Source: Desulfobacterales bacterium
GTDB lineage: Bacteria; Desulfobacterota; Desulfobacteria; Desulfobacterales; JANQIE01
Length of the DNA stretch: 64,000 bases
Direction of reading: 5' to 3'
NCBI GenBank assembly: GCA_028282295.1
Contig: JANQIE010000147.1
Span: forward strand, 10,992-74,991
The notes under the pieces: generated by a model
Databases searched by the model: none
The model's input: only the letters and a program-made list of their open reading frames with translations
Told to the model about the DNA's origin: nothing
Translations under genes and position numbers: made by a program
Part shown: piece by piece, positions 58,009-64,000 of the stretch
How positions within the stretch are numbered: the stretch's first letter is position 1
How the letters are laid out: each line of letters opens with the position of its first letter

Positions 58009-58130
58009 TCGACTCTATATTCTCGACTTTTTCTATTTTTTTTCAATTAAAATGGTGCGCGCTTTTTTTTAGACGAAGCCCCACCAATCGGGGCTTCGTC
58101 CATAATTAAAACATCTAAAACAACGTGGAA

Positions 58131-60116
58131 TCAGCCAATGACGCAAAGAACATCACCCTTAGCCACCGAATCGCCGCTCTTGAAATTAATGGCTTTGATG
58201 GTCCCGCTCGCCGGAGCCGGCAAGGCGTTTTCCATTTTCATGGCTTCAAGCACCACCACGGTTTCACCCTCGGCCACCGAATCGCCCACGTTTTTCTCGT
58301 AGTCGACGATCATGCCCGGCATTGGAGCGGCCAGCGAAGTGCCGCTGACATCGGCCGCAGGGGCCGGCTTGGCGGCAGGCTTGGCCGCCGGGGCCGGGGC
58401 TGCGGCGGGTGCCGGGGCCTGTGCGGCAGGTGCGGCGGCGGGCATCGGCATGGCCGGTTGCGCATAGGCCACCATGGGCGTGCCGCTGACATCTTCCACC
58501 CCGACCTCAAAGGCCTCGTCGTCAACATAGACGTTGAATGTCCGCACGGTATCGCCCTTGGCCGGCACCTTGGCCTTTTCGATCAATTCACCCTTGCGCG
58601 CCTTGCGTACCATCTCTTCTTCCTTGAGCGCATCTTCCAGGCTGCGGGCGAGAACTTCTTTGGGCGGTTCTTCCTTGCCGTACTTCCATTGCAAAAATTT
58701 CTTGCCGGTCACCGGGTAAATGGCGTACAGGATTTCATCGTCGATATCGGCCGCCAGCCCCTTGACTTCTTCCTTGGCTTTGGCCAGTTCGGGTTCCAGG
58801 ACTTCGGCCGGGCGACAGGTGATCGGCTCTTCGCCGCGCGAATATCCCTTGAGCGCTTTTTTCTGAACTTCCTTGTCGATGGGAATCGCGGTTTTGCCGT
58901 AAAGACCGTAACACAGGTCCTTCACCTGATTGGTGATGTTCTTGTAGCGCTCGTTCTCATCGTCGAACAGCACATTGTTGACGGTCTGGATACCAACGAT
59001 CTGGCTGGTCGGGGTGACCAGCGGAATCTGGCCGAGTTCCTTGCGCACCCGCGGCAACTCTTTGTAGACTTGGTCGATCTTGTCCAGGGCGTCCATTTCG
59101 CGCAGTTGGTTCACCAGGTTCGACAACATGCCGCCCGGCGTCTGGTGCAACAGCACGTTGATGTCAATGATCGACACCTTGCTGTCATCCAGCAGGTGTT
59201 TGTATTTGGGAAGAATTTCCTTCTCAAACACCTCGTTGATCGAGGCCATCTTTTTAATGTCGAAACCGGTGTCGCGATTGGTCCCCAGCAGGGTCATGAC
59301 CAGCGGCTCGATGGCGGCATGGGCGGTGCGGTAGGCATACGGCGTCATCACCGCATCAATGATGTCAACCCCCGCCTCGATGGCTTTCAAATGGGTCATG
59401 GGCGACATGCCCGAGGTAAAATGACTGTGCAGGTTGATCGGCACACTGACCGCCCCCTTGAGGGCCTTGATCAGATCATAGGCATCGTAAGGGGCCAGCA
59501 AACCGGCCATGTCCTTGACGCAAATACTGTCGGCGCCCATTTCTTCCAGGGCCTTGGCCTTGCCGATATAGTAATCGATATTGTAAACCTCGCCGCCCAT
59601 GCGCGGTTCGGTCATGGTGTAGCAGATACAACCCTGAAAGTGGGTGCCGGTCTTTTTGATCATCCTGACGACGGTTTCAAAGTTGCGGTAGTCGTTCAGA
59701 GCATCGAAAGTCCGGAAGATATCCATGCCGTTGGCCGCGGCCCGTTCCACAAACGCTTCGGCCAGATCGTCGGCGTAGTTACGGTAGCCAACCAGGTTCT
59801 GCGCCCGCAGAAGCATGGAAAAAGGTGTTTTCTTGAAGTAGCGTTTCAGCGTGCGGATGCGTTCCCAAGGGTCTTCGTTCAGGAACCGGTGCATGGTGTC
59901 AAAGGTCGCGCCACCCCAGGTTTCCACCGCCCAGAAACCGATCTCATCCATTGCCTCGGCCACCGGGATCATGTCCTCGGTGCGGCCGCGGGTGGCGAAC
60001 AAGGATTGATGCCCGTCACGCAGGGTCAGATCCATCACTTTAACCGGATTCTCGGCCTTGGGCCGGTTCGCGTCGTAGTTCATCGCCGCCTTTTTTACTT
60101 GGTCATGATCACTCAT
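58131..60116 (-). CDS. carboxyltransferase 5S-type subunit fused to a biotin carboxyl carrier domain (OadA/PycB family; likely methylmalonyl-CoA:pyruvate transcarboxylase)
   Basis: GGAGGAG RBS. TIM-barrel start DLTLRDGHQS. Ala/Pro linker. C-terminal biotinylation site EAMKMEN. Adjacent to 12S, meaB and the mutase. Confidence 0.85.
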   Translation of the reverse strand: MSDHDQVKKAAMNYDANRPKAENPVKVMDLTLRDGHQSLFATRGRTEDMIPVAEAMDEIGFWAVETWGGATFDTMHRFLNEDPWERIRTLKRYFKKTPFSMLLRAQNLVGYRNYADDLAEAFVERAAANGMDIFRTFDALNDYRNFETVVRMIKKTGTHFQGCICYTMTEPRMGGEVYNIDYYIGKAKALEEMGADSICVKDMAGLLAPYDAYDLIKALKGAVSVPINLHSHFTSGMSPMTHLKAIEAGVDIIDAVMTPYAYRTAHAAIEPLVMTLLGTNRDTGFDIKKMASINEVFEKEILPKYKHLLDDSKVSIIDINVLLHQTPGGMLSNLVNQLREMDALDKIDQVYKELPRVRKELGQIPLVTPTSQIVGIQTVNNVLFDDENERYKNITNQVKDLCYGLYGKTAIPIDKEVQKKALKGYSRGEEPITCRPAEVLEPELAKAKEEVKGLAADIDDEILYAIYPVTGKKFLQWKYGKEEPPKEVLARSLEDALKEEEMVRKARKGELIEKAKVPAKGDTVRTFNVYVDDEAFEVGVEDVSGTPMVAYAQPAMPMPAAAPAAQAPAPAAAPAPAAKPAAKPAPAADVSGTSLAAPMPGMIVDYEKNVGDSVAEGETVVVLEAMKMENALPAPASGTIKAINFKSGDSVAKGDVLCVIG

Positions 60117-60187
60117 TTTAATGTCTCCTCCATATGGTAATATGATTTGAAATCAAACTCTCGTTCGAAGCATCCGCGCTACCCCGG

Positions 60188-60352
60188 CTAGTTTTGAAAC
60201 AACCGGCTCAATTGTTGATACAAGGTGTAAAGCTGCTGGTACGTTGCGGCCGGTATGGGCACCGGAGCGTTGGCCGCCGCCACCGCCTGTTCCTGTTGCA
60301 GGTACACCGTAACCGCCGCCAGGGCGACCGCTTTTTTCTTTTCCTGATCCAT
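60188..60352 (-). CDS. small ORF (54 aa), paralogue of the next small ORF; not in the ORF track (under 60 aa)
   Basis: Hand translation: MDQEKKKAVALAAVTVYLQQEQAVAAANAPVPIPAATYQQLYTLYQQLSRLFQN. TGGAGG RBS 7 nt upstream. N-terminus mirrors ORF 60370-60594. Confidence 0.5.
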   Translation of the reverse strand: MDQEKKKAVALAAVTVYLQQEQAVAAANAPVPIPAATYQQLYTLYQQLSRLFQN

Positions 60353-60369
60353 CAAAGACCTCCAATCGT

Positions 60370-60594
60370 TTAACGCATTTTCCAGCCATGCATGGCCTTA
60401 AGTTGCATTAAACTTCTGAACTGCATTTGCGTCTGGCGTCCGCTGACGCCCCACAACCGGACTGGGGCGGTTGCCGGTTGCAGTTGCTCGGCCGGCGGCC
60501 CGGCGGCTTGTTGGGCCGCGGCTTCCTGTTCGGTTCTCAGATATTCATACACCGCGGCAGCCGCGGCGATGGTTTTCTTCTTGTCCTGTTTCAT
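60370..60594 (-). CDS. small ORF (74 aa) in the transcarboxylase operon
   Basis: MKQDKKKTIAAAAAVYEYLRTEQEAAAQ... with GGGAGG RBS before ATG 60594. The Ala-rich ..AAAV.Y motif is reminiscent of the C-terminal part of OadG-type small subunits (weak). Confidence 0.5.
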   Translation of the reverse strand: MKQDKKKTIAAAAAVYEYLRTEQEAAAQQAAGPPAEQLQPATAPVRLWGVSGRQTQMQFRSLMQLKAMHGWKMR

Positions 60595-60647
60595 GACAAC
60601 CTCCCTGAAAGTGACTGCTGACGGGTTAAAAAACAACTGGGCATCAA

Positions 60648-62237
60648 TTACAACGGGATATTGCCATGTTTCTTCGGCGGCCGCAGTTCACGTTTGCTGC
60701 ACATGAGTTCCAGGGCGTCGATCAGACGGGCTCGTGTTTCACTGGGCACGATGATCGCATCGATGTATCCCCGGCTGGCCGCCACGTAGGGATTGGAAAA
60801 CAGGTCTTCGTATTCCTTAATCTTTTCCTGCCGTTTGGCGGCCGGGTTGTTGGCGGCTTTGATCTCGCGGCGGTGAATAATATTGGCCGCGCCTTCGGCG
60901 CCCATGACCGCGATTTCGGCCGACGGCCACGCAAACGCCATGTCGGCGCCCAGGTGGCGCGAACTCATGGCGATATAAGCGCCGCCGTAATCCTTGCGCG
61001 TGATAAGCAACAGTTTGGGCACGGTGGCCTCGGAATAACTCCACAGCATTTTGGCGCCGTGACGGATGATGCCGCCCCACTCCTGCTGACTGCCCGGTAG
61101 AAAACCGGGAACATCGGCAATGGTGAGCAGCGCAATGTTAAAGGCATCGCAAAAACGGATGAACCGGGTGGCCTTGTCCGACGCGTTTATGTCGAGACAA
61201 CCGGCCAGCACGGCCGGTTGGTTGGCGATAATACCGATGGTGCGGCCGTTGAGCCGGGCAAAGCAGATCAGGATATTAGGGGCGAAGTACTCGTGGGGTT
61301 CAAAAATCTCGCCATTATCGACAATGGCGCCGATAACCGTTTTCATATCGTAGGACTGGTTCGGGTTGTCGGGAATGATCTCGTCAAGCTGCGGGGCCTT
61401 GCGATTTGGGTCGTCACCCGAGGGCACGATGGGCGGGTCTTCCATGTTGTTGGCCGGCAGATAGGAAAGAAGCTGCTTGATGCGCTTGATGGCGTCTTTG
61501 TCGCTTTCGCAGGCAAAATGGGCCACGCCGCTTTTCTCGTTGTGGGTCATGGCGCCGCCCAGTTCTTCAAAGGTGATCTCTTCGCCGGTCACGGCCTTAA
61601 TGACTTCCGGGCCGGTGATGAACATGTAGCTGGACCCCTTGACCATGAACACCCAGTCGGTCATGGCCGGTGAATAAACCGCCCCGCCGGCGTTGGGACC
61701 CATGATGGCCGAGATCTGGGGAATCACCCCGGAAGAGATGGAATTGCGGTAGAAAATCTCGCCAAAGCCGCACAGCGCGTCAACCCCTTCCTGGATGCGG
61801 GCGCCGCCCGAATCGTTCAGGCCGACAAAAGGCACCCCGGCCTTGAGCGCCAGGTCCATGGCCTTGCAGATCTTCTTGGCGTGCATCTCGCCCAGGCTGC
61901 CGGCACGGGAAGTAAAATCCTGGGCAAACGCAAACACCGGGCGGCCGTCCACCAGGCCGTGGCCGGTTACGACACCGTCGGAAGGAACATCGACCGACGC
62001 CATGTCGAAATTCGAGCAGCGGTGATGGACAAACTGGTCGATTTCCCTGAACGACCCCCTGTCGAACAATAGATTTAAGCGTTCGCGGGCCGTCTTTTTT
62101 TTCTTTTCGTGTTGTTTGGCAACGGCTTTGTCGCCGCCCATGGCCTTGATTTTAGCTTCCCGGGCTTTAAGATCCTTGATCTTGTCGGCTTGTTTCCCCA
62201 TCATCGCCATCCTTTCATTTGCCGATGGTTGCGCCAT
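60648..62237 (-). CDS. methylmalonyl-CoA carboxyltransferase 12S subunit / propionyl-CoA carboxylase beta family
   Basis: Carboxyltransferase pattern KTARERLNLLFDRGSFREID ... and two crotonase-like halves. The start may be ATG 62204 (AGGA RBS) rather than 62237. Confidence 0.9.
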   Translation of the reverse strand: MAQPSANERMAMMGKQADKIKDLKAREAKIKAMGGDKAVAKQHEKKKKTARERLNLLFDRGSFREIDQFVHHRCSNFDMASVDVPSDGVVTGHGLVDGRPVFAFAQDFTSRAGSLGEMHAKKICKAMDLALKAGVPFVGLNDSGGARIQEGVDALCGFGEIFYRNSISSGVIPQISAIMGPNAGGAVYSPAMTDWVFMVKGSSYMFITGPEVIKAVTGEEITFEELGGAMTHNEKSGVAHFACESDKDAIKRIKQLLSYLPANNMEDPPIVPSGDDPNRKAPQLDEIIPDNPNQSYDMKTVIGAIVDNGEIFEPHEYFAPNILICFARLNGRTIGIIANQPAVLAGCLDINASDKATRFIRFCDAFNIALLTIADVPGFLPGSQQEWGGIIRHGAKMLWSYSEATVPKLLLITRKDYGGAYIAMSSRHLGADMAFAWPSAEIAVMGAEGAANIIHRREIKAANNPAAKRQEKIKEYEDLFSNPYVAASRGYIDAIIVPSETRARLIDALELMCSKRELRPPKKHGNIPL

Positions 62238-62291
62238 CGATAAAAAAGCAAGAGATCAAAATTTTGCAAATTATATTCAATGATAAAACTG

Positions 62292-63293
62292 CTATACAAC
62301 GTCATCGGGATCGACGTTGTCAAGAAAAAAAAGCAGGTCCGCCGCGGCATTGGCGGGCGACAGGTCCCCCTTTTCAACCTGCCGGACAATGGCGGGCAAA
62401 TGCGCCTTGACCGAGGCGTTTTGGTGAAACCGTTCCTTGAGCCCGTCGTTTACCAGCGCCCACATCCAATCAAGGGCCTGACCACGGCGCTTGGCCGCCT
62501 GTTCACCGTTTTGCCGCATGATTGCTTCATGCTCACGGATCTTATGCCAGATTGCATCGATCCCCACCGCGTTCAGTGCACTGCACGTCATCACCGGCGG
62601 CTGCCAGGCCGCCGACACCGGCACCATCAGACTCAAAGCAGCTTCGTAGGAACGCCGGGCCTTTTTGGCCTGGGCCACGTTGCCGCCGTCGGCCTTGTTG
62701 ATCACCACCGCGTCGGCCAGTTCCATGATCCCTTTTTTAATCCCCTGCAGTTCGTCACCGGCGCCGGCCAGCATCAACACGAGAAAAAAATCGACCATGG
62801 AGGCGACCGTCGTTTCCGATTGGCCCACCCCGATGGTCTCCACGATGACGACGTCGAACCCGGCCGCTTCGCAGATCAGCATGGTCTCGCGCGTTTTGCG
62901 CGCCACCCCGCCCAAGGTGCCGCCCGACGGAGAGGGGCGGATAAATGCTTCGGGTGATCGCACCAACCGCTCCATGCGGGTCTTGTCGGCCATGATGCTC
63001 CCGCCGCTGCGGCCGCTGCTCGGGTCCACGGCCAGCACCGCCACGCGCCGGCCGCCGTTGACCAGATGCATGCCGAAGCTTTCGATAAAAGTACTTTTAC
63101 CGACCCCCGGCACACCGGTGATGCCGATGCGCGCCGCCCGGCCGGTATGGGGCAGCAAGTGCTTGATGATCGACCGGGCCATCTTCTGATGGCCCGGCAA
63201 ACCGCTTTCAATCAGGGTGATGGTCCTGGCCATGATGCGCCGTTCGCGGTTCAAGACGCCGTCGATGTAGTAATCCGCAGGTTTAAGCTTCAT
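62292..63293 (-). CDS. meaB: methylmalonyl-CoA mutase-associated G-protein chaperone MeaB/ArgK
   Basis: P-loop GVPGVGKST. ETVGVGQSE and NKAD motifs. Confidence 0.9.
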   Translation of the reverse strand: MKLKPADYYIDGVLNRERRIMARTITLIESGLPGHQKMARSIIKHLLPHTGRAARIGITGVPGVGKSTFIESFGMHLVNGGRRVAVLAVDPSSGRSGGSIMADKTRMERLVRSPEAFIRPSPSGGTLGGVARKTRETMLICEAAGFDVVIVETIGVGQSETTVASMVDFFLVLMLAGAGDELQGIKKGIMELADAVVINKADGGNVAQAKKARRSYEAALSLMVPVSAAWQPPVMTCSALNAVGIDAIWHKIREHEAIMRQNGEQAAKRRGQALDWMWALVNDGLKERFHQNASVKAHLPAIVRQVEKGDLSPANAAADLLFFLDNVDPDDVV

Positions 63294-63311
63294 CGGTTCA
63301 AATGTATCTTC

Positions 63312-64000
63312 CTAACGCTTCTCAAGCAGGTTCAGGCACTGATTGGCGGAATCGACCACCGAGGTGCCCGGACCGAACACGGCCACGGCGCCCTGTTCAT
63401 GCAGGTAGTCATAATCGCCGGGGGGAATGATACCGCCCACCACCACGTGGATGTCGTCGCCGCCCTCCTGCTTCAGGGCCCGGACCAGTTGGGGCACCAG
63501 GGTGCGGTGTCCGGCGGCCAGGCTGGACGCGCCCACCAGGTGGACATCGTTTTCTACCGCCATGCGGGCGGCTTCATCCGGGGTCTGGAACATGGGGCTG
63601 ATATCGACATCAAAACCAAAATCGGCGTAGGCTGTGGCCACCACCTTGATGCCGCGGTCGTGACCATCCTGTCCCATCTTGGTCATCAGGATGCGCGGCC
63701 GGCGGCCGTGTTGCGCGGCAAAGCCGTCGGTCCGTTTGCGCAATGCGGCGATGATATCGACGTCGGCATACTCGGACGCGTAGACGCCGGAAATGCACTG
63801 GGTCGTGGCCACGAAACGGCCGAAGACTTTCTCCAGGGCATCTGAAATTTCACCCACTGTGGCCCGCGCCCGCGCCGCCGGGATGCAGACTTCAAGCAGA
63901 TTTGCGTTGTTGGCCGCGCACGTGCTGATCGCGTCCAGGGCCTGCTTGACGACGGCGTCATCGCGGGTCGCCTTGATCTCTTTCAACCGGGCCACCTGCT
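63312..64000 (-). CDS. methylmalonyl-CoA mutase, C-terminal part with B12-binding domain (gene continues beyond window end)
   Basis: DxHxxG cobalamin motif GQDGHDRG and Rossmann-like B12 domain. The frame stays open to the window edge. Confidence 0.9.
   Translation of the reverse strand, partial: QVARLKEIKATRDDAVVKQALDAISTCAANNANLLEVCIPAARARATVGEISDALEKVFGRFVATTQCISGVYASEYADVDIIAALRKRTDGFAAQHGRRPRILMTKMGQDGHDRGIKVVATAYADFGFDVDISPMFQTPDEAARMAVENDVHLVGASSLAAGHRTLVPQLVRALKQEGGDDIHVVVGGIIPPGDYDYLHEQGAVAVFGPGTSVVDSANQCLNLLEKR

Noticed and set aside
58072-58100. 11-bp GC stem-loop (GACGAAGCCCC-ACCAATC-GGGGCTTCGTC) as the terminator of the 5S gene
   Set aside because: The T-run lies on the wrong side. 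On the minus strand the hairpin is followed by A9, and on the plus strand the T-run precedes it. It is therefore not a canonical intrinsic terminator for either direction, and is kept only as a structural landmark at the island border.
58125-60140. 671-aa plus-strand ORF
   Set aside because: It lies exactly antisense to the well-supported 5S-biotin carrier gene. Its sequence is low-complexity and Gly/Arg/His-rich (RGRGCGGCRG...), typical of the shadow frame of a GC-rich gene, and it has no RBS.

Overview
GC-rich chromosomal window. The gene content (methylmalonyl-CoA mutase/MeaB/12S+5S transcarboxylase, SucCD, HypAB, NifUS, many hybrid sensor kinases) resembles a sulfate-reducing deltaproteobacterium. 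That placement is inference only: no database search was possible, and all family calls rest on motifs read from the translations. I support about 56 protein genes (2 partial, 1 decayed) and one tRNA-Gln. Layout: (1) 1-7350: gatB 5' end, then a surface-polysaccharide cluster (secreted unknown, MBOAT O-acyltransferase, SGNH-like partner, three glycosyltransferases). (2) 7373-16271: thioester alpha-2-macroglobulin and PBP1C, normally an adjacent pair, here separated by a decayed AT-richer AAA ATPase remnant and structured repeats. (3) 16293-20640: radical SAM protein, hybrid kinase, MBL hydrolase. (4) 20686-34054, one long minus-strand housekeeping run: trpB2, nusB, ribH-ribBA-ribE-ribD, nrdR, dCMP deaminase, glyA, rpiB, fabF-acpP-fabG, an acyl-CoA dehydrogenase and rpmF. 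(5) gltX / tRNA-Gln / glnS. (6) a PagL-like plus Memo-like cassette flanked by two copies of a 146-bp palindromic element. (7) nifU-nifS-serA. (8) a response regulator, a hybrid kinase and three tandem orphan solute-binding proteins. (9) gabD, hypB, hypA, sucD, sucC. (10) an AT-rich two-gene insertion of unknown function. (11) the methylmalonyl-CoA pathway genes (5S-biotin carrier fusion, two tiny paralogous ORFs, 12S, meaB, mutase 3' part). Most notable: the AT-rich two-gene island that splits the propionate/succinate pathway cluster; several families of structured intergenic repeats, some sitting inside operons; the decayed defence-type ATPase between A2M and pbpC; and the transporter-less SBP triad next to a two-component pair whose regulator ends in a CxxC...CxxC module. 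No CRISPR array, rRNA, transposase or integrase gene was seen.
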